Shown here: piece after piece, positions 42,862 to 55,400 of the stretch
How positions within the stretch are numbered: the stretch's first letter is position 1
Layout: every line of letters begins with the position of its first letter
Assembly (NCBI GenBank): GCA_965644315.1
Contig: CBFFRQ010000037.1
Span: 53,649-117,648, forward strand
Direction of reading: 5' to 3'
Length of the DNA stretch: 64,000 nucleotides
From: Caecitellus pseudoparvulus
Lineage: Eukaryota > Protista > Bigyra: Bicosoecida
Translations under genes and position numbers: made by a program
The notes under the pieces: generated by a model
What the model was told of the DNA's origin: nothing
Seen by the model: only the letters and a program-made list of their open reading frames with translations
The model's database searches: none

Positions 42862-45829
42862 ATGCGAGGGGTTGCCCTGTTGCTGGCTGCAGCCGCTGCC
42901 TGCAGCGTACGAGCACAGCTGTCATGGAGCACCGTGCATCATGACGTGCTGAATACGGGGAGGACGTCCCTGGAGAGTCCAGGTGCGTGAGGGTGCCGCA
43001 GGCGCTGCTGCCCTGGCGTGGCCGTGCGGAATTGGAGCCGGCCCGGCCTGCACGCCTCGACGGCCGTTGTCGCACAGGTGATGAGCGCGCGCCCTGCTGG
43101 CATGAAGCCGTGAACAGCACGAATGGGGATGTGTACATGAACAGTGGATCAGTGTCCATCGACAACGAATTCCTCATTCTGGGCACGTGAGTGGCAAGCC
43201 CAAGTGCACTGCACTTGCGCCTCGCTTCGTGCACCTTGCCGCGGACACTGTGCGCCCCCTCAGAGCGGACAACTCGGTGGAAGTCGTGGACGTGGACTCA
43301 TACAGCCGCGTGAAGCTGCGCATGTCCCCACAAGGGACGCTCGGCATTCCGGGTGTCGTGGTGCGTGTCTGGCGCTGCGGCAAGATTCGTGTGGTGCTTG
43401 CAGGCTTGCATTGCCACTGCCCACCCCCCCCCTGCGCTGCACAGGCGCCACCCACGGTGTTTCCGGAGTTTCTCAACAAAACTGCCTCTGGGACGGAGGA
43501 GCTGGTGTACTTCGGCTCAGTATTCGACGGCAATGTGTACGCGCTGGATTTGGAAGAGTGCACAGTGAACATGCCCGCAGCCGGCACAGAGAGCATCGTG
43601 CAGGCTGAGCCACCGTGCCTGCGGTGGAAATCCGACATGGGGGGCGCAGTCATGGCCCCTGTGCGTGCATCCTCCGCCGGCGTGCAACTGCAGGACGACG
43701 GGGAGATCTACCTGTTCGCCAGCACCACTGACCCGTTGACAGATAGCCAGGGCATGGTGCATGGTCTGGATGGGCGAGACGGGACGCCCCGCTGGCCTGA
43801 GCCGTACAACGCCACCATGGTGGTGGGGGATGTCGCAGCGCTGGCGGCGGGGGGCGACCTGCTGGGCGCCAACACGAGTGTCGTCACCACTGGCATCCGA
43901 AACGTCGTGGGCATGGACATCTGCCACAGGGTCATCCTGGTGGCCACTGGCCCCCGCATCGTCATGCTGAGTGCCAAGACCGGTCAGAAGCTTGCCGAGG
44001 TGCCAGGCACCGCGGGCGACCCGTTCAAGACTGCCCCCGTCATTTTCCCCAACTGCTCCAGTGCCTTTGTCGTGGCGGCATCTGGGGAGCTGTGGCGTCT
44101 GCGCATCGACATCATCCCGTTTGCGCCCTTCATCACGATGGAAATGGAGTGGCGCTGCACGTACACACCGACAGATGGTGCTCACTACACCAGCAACTGC
44201 GTGTATTCACACATCGACGCGTCAGGGCCGAAGTGGGTCGCAGCCGCCGACCTGCTGGAGTCTGGCGCTGTCGCGCCGCAGGACGTGCACAGCATTGCCC
44301 ACGTGAACAAACACGGCGAGCAGGGGCTGTGGGTGTACGACCAGGCCGCTGTGGCAGCGTGGAATGAGGGTGTGGTGGGCGACCCGTCCACACTGCTGCC
44401 GCTGGGCACGCCTGCACTGGGCGTCTCAGACAACAACATGTTCTACCCGCTGTTCTCGGAACAGGACCCCCACGGCGGGGCGCTGCTGAAGATCAACACG
44501 CGGGACGGCGGCCTGCACTGGGCGTACATCGGCGCCAACATGGGCACTGCCATTGAGGAGCCTTTTGGCGCCAGTCGATCGTCCCCAGCCGTGGATGGCA
44601 CGGGTGACGTCATCATCGCCAGCGACTCCAACCGGGGCCCCACGCCGACGCTGTTTGCCGTGCGCCACGACGGGCAGACGCAGTGGAGCATGTCTCTGGA
44701 CACGGAGACGAACGACGAAGTGAACAACATCTCCCCCGTCATCGCGCTGTCCCCGGAACACGTGCCGCGTGTGTACATCGCCACCACCACGAACCTGCGC
44801 GTGATTGAGGAGGGCTGTCCCAGTTCCTCCCCCGATCTGGAGTGTTCGGGCAACGGCGCCTGCAACTGCGCCACGCGCACATGCGAGTGCACAGGCGCAG
44901 CCGATGGCACGGGTTGCCACGAAGGTCCCGCGTGCAACGAGCCAGTGTGCGGCGCGACCAACCAGTGCAACATGGGCGTGTGCACGTGTTTCAGCTGCAC
45001 GGCTGGTCCTCGTTGCAAGGGCGTCAAGGACTGCGGCGAGCATGGGACGTGCGACCAGGGCACGAACGAGTGCACTTGCGACAACCAGTGCTGGGTGCAG
45101 GGTCCCGACGGCAAGTGCGACACGCCCTTCCAGTGCCCCGGCACCCACGCCATGTGCGACCCAGTGGATGGCTGTGTCTGTGACCTGTGCTTCGCCGGCT
45201 CGCCGGACTGTTCCACGAACACCACGTGTTCTGGGCACGGTTTCTGCGAAGGCGGCGGGCGGGGTTGCCAGTGCGAGTGGGATTTCTTCCCCACCACCGA
45301 CAAGCGTGGGTGCCAGGCGTGCCCCTTCTGCCTGGTGGGGCCCAACTGCATCATTGACAACGCCTGTGCCGGGCATGGCACCTGCAACAGCGTGGAGGGG
45401 CGGTGTGAGTGCGAAGCGGGGTGGGGCGGCACGTACTGCCAAGACGCCGTCAGTGGCAAGGGCAAGCACTCCCCTGGGAAGGCGCCCAATGGCGGGGGCA
45501 TCGCCGTCGGCATCATCTTCCTCATCCTCGCTCTGGCCGGCATCGCTTTCATTATCTACGCCCGTGTGAAGTTCCCTGGGCGGCCGTACGCTGACGCCTG
45601 CCACCCACGCCTGCGCCCCTGCTGTGCCGCTTGCCCCTCGGCGAGGTCACTGGAGCAGAGGTGTCTGTCCCTGTGCAGGAAGCGCCCCGGAGCGCTGGCG
45701 GGCCAGGCTGGCACCAGCAGCTCCTCGGCGCCTGCGACCAGCTCTGTCGCCGCGGGAGGGGGGGGTGCCGGGTACGGCAGCGTCAAGACGTCCAAGGGCG
45801 CGAACTCAGCGGCATATTCGTCATTGTAG
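42862..45829 (+). CDS. Type I membrane protein: signal peptide, PQQ/BamB-like beta-propeller, EGF-like repeats, TM; introns 42983-43077, 43187-43263, 43361-43444
   Basis: MRGVALLLAAAAACSVRA-QLSWSTVHHDVLNTGRTS; propeller motifs VYFGSVFDGNVYALD, SSPAVDGTGDVII; EGF repeats (CSGNGAC, CECEAGWGGTYC); TM IAVGIIFLILALAGIAFIIY. Confidence 0.82.
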
Positions 45830-46017
45830 ACAAAGACGAGGGGGGGGCAGCGCTGGTGTGCGTGTTTGTGGACTCGCGCCTTGGCTGTGGCGACTGACAG
45901 AGCCCACGCCGTGCAATTTGCTCTGGCGTGCGGCCTTTCAGCTGTGCACCGCTGGCTTGGCCACCAATTGAATGCAGCAGCGCTGTGGGCAGGTGAAAGT
46001 CGCTGTCGTTGAGAGAC

Positions 46018-48099
46018 ATGGCTGCCAGCACGCGTGGGGCGCAGCCAGCGCTGGGTGCGTAGAAGTTTGCTTCAGCTTGTCTCGCGCACCACACACACCT
46101 GCACCCGTTCCCGTTTGCAGTCGTGAAGCTGACGAAAGCTGCGGCAGCAGCAGCAGCAGTGCTGCAGCGGGACCGATCAGGCGTAGATGCGGATACTCGG
46201 GGTCACATTGATGAGGCGGTCTCTGCTGTGCAGCAGCTGTGTGCCGCTGCACGGCACCGCGAGCACCGGCTGACTGCGGAAATTGCGAGCCTTCGCATGC
46301 TCGCAGCGAAACATGAGGCCAGCGCAAAGCAGCACGGGGCGGAGGTGCAGGAGTTGCGACGCCAGAACGCCATTCTCATGACTGCTCTTCGGAACGAGCA
46401 CGCCCACTTGGCTCACGGCAGTCTCTTTGGCTCCCTGGAAGCTGCCGCGAATGGCGCCCTGGCCTTGGCACGCCCCCACCGGAGAAGGCAGGCAGCAGGT
46501 GGCGCTGACTCTGGCGAAGCGGCAGCGCCAAGGGCGCCGAGGAAGGCCAAGGCTTCAGCATCAGGCCAGGGGGAGGGCGGGGTTCCCGCCGCAGATGTGG
46601 CGGGCTTCCCAGTGGACATCGCCAGCATCATCGCCGAGTCGAATCTATCGCCCGTGGTTCAGGCGGCCTGTAGCGAGGGCGGGGGTGGTGAGGCAGGCCG
46701 AATGGCTGCACTGTACAAGCACATCTGCAGGGCGGAAGAGGCGCTGCGCGAGTCTCTGCAGCTGCGCCAAGTGTCTCGCAGCGCCGTGTCCTCGGGCGTG
46801 CGCAGTGCCGTGCGAACAGCCAGTGAGGGTGCGCCCAAACGAGGGCTCCGCGTGCTGACCCTGGACGGGGGCGGTGCCAGGGGCATGATCATGGTGGAAG
46901 CGCTCCGTAAGTTGGAGTTCGAGACGGGGCGCCGTGTGCATGAGATGTTCGACTTGGTGGTGGGCACGAGCAGCGGGGGACTGCTTGGTGCGTTGTTGGC
47001 AGCGAAACGCGCCAGCCTCGCGCAGGCGGCAGACGCGTACGAAGCCATTCGTGTGTCACTGTGTCAAATCGGCCCCGCCTGGCAGAATGTGCGGCGGCTG
47101 GCAGTCGGAACGAGCCACGACACCGAGGTGGCTCGGCGCATGATTGTGGAGCTGTTCGGGGAAGGCCGCATGACTGACTTCCCAGCGACGCCGAAAGTGG
47201 CGGTGCTGGCGACGAACGTGGAACATGCCCCCGCCACAGCCCACGTATTCCGCAGCTACCCCCTGCCTGAGGGCGCCTCCTGCGTCCCAGGGTCCAGCAC
47301 CGCCACCATGGCGCAAGCCATTCGTGCCACCACATGTGCACCGACGTACTACGAGCCGGAGGTGATCGACGGCAAGCACTATGTGGACGGCGGCGTGACT
47401 GCCAACAACCCAACCATGGTGGCGCTGTCTGAAGCACGTGCGCTGTGGCCAGACACGCCCATAGACGTGTTGGTGAGTATAGGCTCAGGTGCACCGAGCC
47501 GAGTGCCGGCACGGCCCGGCAGCCTGCTGGAGTGGATGCAAGTGGTCATGGGCGCTGCTCTGTCCAACCACACACCCCACTGCCTCGCTGGAACACTGCT
47601 TGGGCCGCAAGCGTACCACCGCCTGGATGGGGAGGGGCTTGGGGACTACAACATCACAGAGGGGGACCCCGCCACGCTGCGGCGAATGATTCGGCAAGCG
47701 CAGCAGTGGGTGTGCAGCCACCACGAGCACTTTGCCAGGGTGGCAGACATCCTGCGGCCTGATCGACCGCGGAAAGGGGCGTCGTGTCCCACTGTGTGGC
47801 CCCCAGCGGGGGACTTCCGACACCCAGTCGTTGCGCGTTCCCTGCGCGGCACCGTGCAGGCAGGCGCAAAGACGGATAGTGCAGAGGCACCACCCGGGAT
47901 CCTGTGCAGTCGGCGTCCCGCTGGGAGGGGGCGGAAGCGACCCAGAGCTGGCGGTCTTGACGGGGAGCTGACATCGTCTGTTGGAGAATCGTCTGTGGCG
48001 TCTTGGGTGCAGCATGTTCCTGTTCTGGGTGGCTGGCTTGCCGGCACCCCCCCCGCTGCAGCTGAGAGCACGGCTGGTGATGGGGGTGACTTGCAGTGA
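46018..48099 (+). CDS. Patatin-like phospholipase (iPLA2-gamma/PNPLA8-like) with N-terminal coiled coil; intron 46055-46120
   Basis: LTLDGGGARG, FDLVVGTSSG (GxSxG), AIRATTCAPTYY, DGGVTANNP, LVSIGSG. Confidence 0.9.
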
Positions 48100-48506
48100 T
48101 GCAGTGTGCAGGCATGACTGTGTCTGCGGTTGACTTCTACGCCGCAAGGTTGAGTAACCCGTGTGGAGGCTTCACAGGCTCCGCTGCCAGGGTCTGGAAG
48201 GCACACCTGCCTGCCCACCAGCGCGGCATGCTGGCAGTGCGAGCTACGCGTCTGGATGGCCCGATGTCTGTGAGTGTGGATGCATGAATGCACAGTGTCA
48301 CGAATGCAATTGGATGGGGCCTTCGTCGCTGTCGGCCACAACGGTGCAGTGGTCAGCAACACATCAAACATGTCCTGCCACGAGGAGCCACTTGTGTGTT
48401 GCTATACACAACTCCCTCGTCGCTTTGTCTCGTGACAGCTGCTACCGCTTGAGGGGAAGCCAGGCGGCCAGGGGAGTACCAGCGCCAGGCGCTGAGCAGC
48501 TTCAGC

Positions 48507-49379
48507 ATGGCTGCTGAGAGCAAGGCTCGGCCTGTGACGTCCTTTGCCACGTATGAGGACTACCTGGACTCTCAGATCACAGAGCTGGACATGTACTACC
48601 TGGATGACGAGGAGCTGGCGCGGCAGCTCGTGGAGCTGGGCTACCGGGGAGACGGCGAGCCCAAGAAGCGGGAGGAGTTCGAAGCGCTGAAGAAAGCAGA
48701 GCGAGAGAAGCACCTGCACAAGGACAGCGCGCCGCGGCCACTCGCTAGTTTGGGGAAGGACCTCGCAGACAAGCCCTTCTTGCAGGCACTCGCGAACCGT
48801 GAGGAGCTGGTTCGCAATGGGAAGTTGACGGTGCGTGCGCGTTTCATGACATTTCTCCGTGAAACGCCAGCTGGCTCTGGCCGACGCAACCAAGCACTTG
48901 CCCCGCACCCTCCCTGCTGCAGACCATCATCTTTATCCGAGACTACAACGCCAAGGGGCAGGAGGTGTCTGGCTACATTGACTTTGCTCACAGGTGCGTC
49001 GCGCTGTCGCGGCAGTCTGGGCAGGTGCACTGCGTGCACGCCAACTGCTGATCTCACGCACAAGCACGACACATCCCGCAGGCTGAAGACTGAGAACTTT
49101 GAGCCGTACTTTGAAGGCACGAAGACGCTCATGCCGCGCCCCAGTGACCTGTCCTACTACAACTGGGAGACGCAGACCTCCACCTCCAACTCAAGTCCCA
49201 ACTTCCAAGTCATCGCCGACAGCGAGACTGGCCTGCTGTTCAAGAACAAGCGTGACCGCAAAGTTATCAATGTGGATCCCAAGGCCAGTGCAGGGGACAA
49301 CTCCACCCGTAGCGAGATCCGGACACACGAGTTCGCCCAGGTGGTGCTGTATGACCACATGACGCGGCGCAAGGGCTGA
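48507..49379 (+). CDS. CFAP299: Cilia- and flagella-associated protein 299; introns 48831-48922, 48994-49081
   Basis: [36 protein letters not shown]. Splicing restores [37 protein letters not shown]. Also [14 protein letters not shown]. Confidence 0.93.
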   Translation: [290 protein letters not shown]

Positions 49380-49406
49380 CGCCTGCGTGCCCCGATACTG
49401 TTGACG

Positions 49407-49414
49407 AATGCATT
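49407..49414. terminator. Palindromic AATGCATT: candidate shared 3'-end processing signal for convergent CFAP299 and the PHD-SPOC gene
   Basis: Lies in the 60-nt gap between the two stop codons and reads AATGCA on both strands. The same hexamer follows most other genes in the window. Confidence 0.55.
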
Positions 49415-49439
49415 GCTCGCGCTGACACCTGTCCCTGAC

Positions 49440-52400
49440 TCATCGGCCCCACCGACTGCCGCGGTTGCCGTGCTGCTGCGGCTGTGTGGGGCCGGCCCCC
49501 AACAAGCCACCGCCGCCCGTACCTGCCGGCCTGGGCGCGTATGCGCTTCCTTGCGTGGTTATGGGTGCAGGTGCTGGTGCAGGTGTTGGTGCAGATGTGG
49601 CTGGGAGTGAAGAGAGCATAGCAGCAAGGCCAGCCAGGCGAGAGGGCTTGGCTGCAGCTGGTGCTGGTGCTGGTGCGGGTGCGGGTGCTGGTGGCTGCAT
49701 GCTGAGCAGGCTGGTCTGGGGGGCAGCCGACAGTCCGTACGGGTCGCCGAACGCGGCAGCTGGGGCATGCCCCAAGGTGGGTGCTGGTGCCTGTGTGGCG
49801 AGTGACGCGTAGTGCGGGTCTGGGTCAGTTGAGACGAGGAAGGCGGGCTGTGCAGCGGCAGCTTGCGCTGGTGCGTCTGGGCGATCCAGCAACCCGCCAG
49901 CCGGCGAATCGCGTGACGGCGTGGGATCAGACCGGGAGGTTTTTGGCGGCTTGTCCTCGTCATGGACACGCTCTGCGCGACGCTTGATGCCACGTGCGGC
50001 GGACTTGCTGGGGCGCTTGTGCTGGGGCTTGGGCGGGGCTGTCTTCTTGTGCACGAGGACGGCGGCAGGCGACGCGGGGGGCAGGGAGTACGCGGAAAGC
50101 AGCATGCAGAACAAACCACGTGTGTCCTGCGGCAAGGTTGCGAGGCGAGCGAGGCTGGTGGTGCCGCTGTCCTCACGGGCCAGGGCAGTGATGGGGGGAA
50201 TGACGAACACTTGTGTGCCCTTGTTGATGTCAGCAGAGTCGGCGACGTCGAACACACCTGCGCGACCAGCCGATGCCAGCGCCGTGCACAGCGCGCCCAC
50301 CCCCTGCCCTGCCGTGTCGACTTTGAACACTGCCAGGGCCCGGCTGCCCCGCTGCATGCGAGTGTGGATGTCGAGCAGGTAGCTTCCGAGGGCTTCCAGG
50401 CGCATGCGGCCGACCTGTTTCAGCGCAGGCGGCAGGCCAGTCCGGTGCAGCTCCTGCACGCTCGCGACGTCCACAGTGTAGCCAGGGGCTTCATACTTCT
50501 GCGCCACGTCGCTGAAGAGAGACTGTGCCAGTGTGCGGCCTGCTGGCGTGGGCGTGCCTTCACTCGCGCGCGCAAGTGCGCTTGCCACGACACTGGAGCT
50601 GCGTGCAGAGTGGCGCAGCGCCGTGCCCGTGGCTGTGACGGTCTTGGGCACACCCGGCATCTCCCCCACGATTGCGAGCGAGCAAGTGCTCTTTCCCCCC
50701 GCATTGGCCTGCACGTCTTGCCCGAGAGAGGCCGGTCGCTCTGCCGGGAGGCTGCCGCTGCCCTGCGCAGTGCCAGGTTGTTTCGTGGTGACGGGCGGCA
50801 GCTTGGTGTCTGGGCCGATCCGGGTGCGCTTGATGAGGCTGGAGAGCACGGAAGTCTTGGCAGGGGCGACCCGCTTCTTTGTGGCAGGCGGGGGCTTTGG
50901 TGTTGCCACAGGAGCTGCCTTTGGCTTTGGCTTGTCGTCTTTGTCAGTGGCAGTTTTCCCGGAGGAGTCAGGCGGGGGCACAGGTCGACTTGGCGCAGCG
51001 GAGCCAGCCGCTTGAATCCCTTCTGCTGTGATGCTTGCTCTGGTGGCTTGCACCTCTGCAGATGCCATGTCCAGCGTGGACATGGTGCCCAGCCGCTCAG
51101 GTGGCAGGTCCCCGCTCATGACTCGCTGGCGCAAGGTGGGGTTGCTGGGGTCCTGCAGGTTCAGCGTCATGGCCAGAAGCTGTTCCTTGTACTTGTTCCG
51201 GGCAGAAGACAGCGGGTACTTGGCATGCATGGCGGCTTCTGCGGCGTTGGCCAGCTCGACGGCCTTGCGAAGGTTGGGCAGGGACACGCCAGCGACAGGT
51301 GTGCTGGTCGCATGGGGCAGTACCTCGATGACGGCATCTGACAACTTGGCTCCCGCGACAGCACCAGCCAGCATAGTGCGGGCTTTTGCGCGAATGGCTT
51401 CGTTGGACACCTTCGTCTTGGCCTTGCCGTCGCTGCTGCCGCTTGCATCGGTGGGTGTCGGTTTGGGGGCTTTGCGCGCCACTTTCAACGGCCGCCGGGG
51501 CCGGCTTTGCAGCAGCCGTTGCAGGCGTTGGTGGTGAGAGGGGCCCAGGGAGCGGGAGGGGGCACCGTCCTGTGCCGTGGATGTCGCACTGGGCGTCACA
51601 GGGTCGCCGTACAGACTGTCGTCAGACGAGTCCCCGCCACCGGCCCCACCTCGTTGGCCTCCAGGCTTGGCACCTTGACTCCGTTTGCGGCGCGCCTTGC
51701 CTGGGCGTTCACTTGCCTGGGGCTCTTCGTGGTCGCTGTCCGCTTCGCTGTCCGGCCCAGCGCCCAGACTCCCGTCGGAGCTCGCTTCGGACAGGATGAG
51801 TCCAGCACCCTCCCCCGCCACCACGCCCTCTTGGTCGGCATCGGGCCGCCCACTGGCCAGACAACCAGACAGCCACGCAGACCACTGGCTGCTGACTATG
51901 GTGCGGGAGCACTGGTCAAGGATGCCCTGCGTGACATGCTGCACAGCTGCAGTCACAGCGTGGCGGTACGGAGTGTCTCCAGCCAGCAGGCGCTGGTGAA
52001 TGGAGGAGGAGGCGGGGTTCATGCCGCCCAGCAACTTGCTGCACACACCCTGTGGGTCGACATTGGTGGGCAGGACATCTGTGATGGAGGCTGTCTGTGC
52101 CTTGGTGCGGCTGCGCTTGCCGTGGCTGGCAGAGGTGTCCTGGGGGCTTGCAAGGCCCAGCGCCCGGGCCCGTGACGCCTGTGCTCGCTCCAGCCGCTGT
52201 ACGAGGCGCAGCTGCCGTGTGCGCAGCACAGCAGGGGGCACTGCCCCGTCGCCGGTAGTGTGCTTCGCAGGCGTGCGCAGTGCTCGAGCGGTGCTGGTGC
52301 GGAGTTCCGCGTCACGCAGTTCTGCCGCCCAGGCACACGCCACATGCGCCTGCCCCCACGGCGCCAGGAGTCGAAGTGGAACCCACGCAATGACACCAGG

Positions 52401-55400
52401 CAGGTCGTCAGGTGGACTCCACTCTGCTGCGAACATGGCCGATTGGGGTGAGTCTGAGGGGCCCAGAAGAGATGTGGGGGGGGTACCGTGGCGGAACCAG
52501 GAGCTGACTGGGCCAGCCGTGTCCACAGGCTTACCCCACAGCCGCACAGCCGCCCACAGCTCCTCCATGCTGCGCTGCACGGTGGCTTCCCCTTCGCTGC
52601 CTTCCGTAGGCGATGGGAGTTGCACTGTGCTGTTCAGTGCCGTGTCAGGCGCAGTGCCGTGAGAGTCCAAGGCGGCGACCAACGCTTGCATGGCTGTCGG
52701 CGGCAGCTGTGCCGTCTCGCCCACAACACGCATTGGAACGGACTGGCTACCCGCACTTGATGTGGGAGTGGCTGTGCTTGCCGCATCCACCACGCCAAGG
52801 AGGGAGGCCGGCCACCAAGGCATGGCGCCGACACGCGCCCACACGAGCTGCCCTGACGCCAGCGCTGCTGCGCACAACAAGGCCGCAGATGAGGCGGGCG
52901 GGAGGGGCAGGCCCTGGGGAGCTGACTGTGCGCCAGGCATGCTGCGCAGCATGTCGCTGCCGCCCACTGCGGCGGAGGCCCAGGCCGAGAGCAGGGAGCG
53001 GGTAGGCTGGGGCAGCAGGCGGGGCACTTCCACTTGGCCCTGTGCCGCTGCTGCAGCCCAGCTCTGCACACTTGAGCCCAGTGTAGCCTCGCCGGCGCCG
53101 CCTTGGCGGGCATGGCGCCGTTGTTCCGCAGCACATGTCGCGACAGCCTCTGCCAAGCGTACAGCCCAGTGGCAGGCGGGGCCAGTTTCGCCAACCTGAG
53201 TTTGCAGCTGTTCCAGAGTGCGCTGCACTGCGCCGGCAGTGCCCAAAGTTTGGGGCGCCATGATGTAGAGGCGCTCCGCTTCTTGCAGCGCAGAGGTGTT
53301 CAGGACTGGGAGCAGGCCAGTGCATGTGTGCAAGGCGCGCTGGCGCATGGCGTGGACATACAACGCTGCCTGGTGCAGGAGAGTGGCGGGGGGAGTGACG
53401 AGCTGTGTTGCACGACTGACAGTGCTTGGGTTGCTGCGGCTCCGCACTGTGTCATGGAACGCTACGCAGCAGATTTCCAGGTCGGCACGGCCGCTGGTGT
53501 CTGTCCTGGGCTCAGCCAAGCATGCTGACAGGGCTGCCTGGTGCAGAGGCAGCAGCTCGCCCGCAGCATCACCTGCCTCGGCACCCTGCACTGCCGCCCA
53601 CGTGTCATCCAACAGCACGAGGCGAGCGTGAGCCACACGCAATGCGGCGAGCACCACACTTGGCGGCGTCATGGGGAGCAGACCAGCAGCTTCGATGGCA
53701 GCCTTCAAGTCGCCCAAAGCGATGTTCAACAAGCGAGTGTCAGCGGCAGCCGAGCCGCCCAGATCCTGACCGACCATGGTGCTGATGCTGCGCTGCTCGC
53801 ACTGGGCGGCAGCAGAGAGGGCTGCTGCGCACTTGCCGAGCCAGGGCCCGCCCAACGTCACCAGATGTGCCGCGGACGTCACAGCGTCAACTGCGTCGCC
53901 TGGAATGTGTGTGGAGGCGGCAGGTGGAACAGACACCCCAAACGTGGCTGCCACAGCAGGCAACTGCGTGCCTGGTAGGTCCGCTGAAATGCCTGGGAGG
54001 TCGGATGCACTGGGCAGCTGGGGAAGGGGGCAGATGGAGGCACTGCCCGCGGGCAGCGTTGGACCCGACAGCGGGGTGGCACACGTCAGCGCAGCAAACG
54101 CCCCGATCAAATCCAGCACCGCATCCCCCGGAATGAGGTTAGAGGAGGCCTGTTTGGTGCGTCGAGAAGAAGGAGGGGGCTGTGCGAGTGCCACTGCGTG
54201 CTTCGCCACACAAGTGTGAATGGTGTCGACACAAGCCACGACGTGGTCACAGCGCGCCTGCACCGCCTGCACATGCGCTTCAGTTGCCTTGGCGAGAGGC
54301 GCTGGGCAGGCCTGCAGGGCTTGAAGTAGCACAGCGCCAAGCTGGTGCGCCTCTGCCCACGATGCCAAGGAAGCGGAAGCCCCAAGGCTGCGCACGTGTT
54401 CGGCCCACCTACACGCCAGCACTCTTGCCAGAAGAGCGTCGAAAGCCGGGGAGGTACGCACAGGAAACCAGAAGGGTTCTGTGCCGGGGCAGCGCAGGAG
54501 CGCCAAGCTTTCCTCCGGTGAGGGAGGTGTGCTGCGTGTGGCCAGGCTCGCAATGTCGCATTCACGTGCGTCGGCCGCAGCCACCCAGCGCTCAAACGTC
54601 GCACGGCAGGCAGCTGCAGCTTTAACAGTGGAAAGCTCAGAAAGGTGGGAAGAAGCGAGTTGAATGTCATCAAGGGATGCTGTCGGGAGACCTGGTGCAT
54701 GCAGCTGCTGAAGTAAGAAGACTGCCCGGCCGATGAGCGCCAGCACCGAACTCTCAGCCTTCAGCTCCGAGCACAAGCGCCCCAAGCTGCCGCCGAGTGG
54801 CCCAACGTCGTTCCACCTAACAGCCAGTTCCTCCCAAGCTTGCACGTCGGCATGTGAAAGCAGCGCAGTGCCTGACGGCTTCACGGCTGGGGCGGTGCTG
54901 TCCTGCAGTGCGGGGTGGGGGGCCGCCAGCTGCACGCGGCACACCGAGCACCCTGGCCCAACTTCCAGTTCTGGGCTGCCACTGCCAAGAAAGCCACTCC
55001 TGTGGAGCAAGGCCTGGAGCTCGACGCAGCGCTTGGCAGTGGACAATGCAATGGAGAGTGTGGCCTGTTCCCAGCAGTGGGCGTCGAGCACACCGGCACG
55101 ACGCGCCGCCTCCAAGGTCTGCAGGCGCCCCTCTGCGGCGTCAAGCACAGCGAGCCTACCTGAGCCATCTTCAGGGAAGACGCTGGCACTGATGGCAGGT
55201 GCTCCAGATTGTGGGTTGCCGAAAACCTCCTGCACTGCGCTGTCCACGGCCCCGACGCGCTGCACCCAGGCTTCCAGTGCAGGCCGCAGGTCGAAGTGCA
55301 CTGAGCGATCGCGAACCTTTTCCAACAGCTCCCTGGCACGCAGCAAGGCTGGGATGACAGGCTCTGTCGATGAGCTGGAGACAGTAGCCTGTGGCACATC

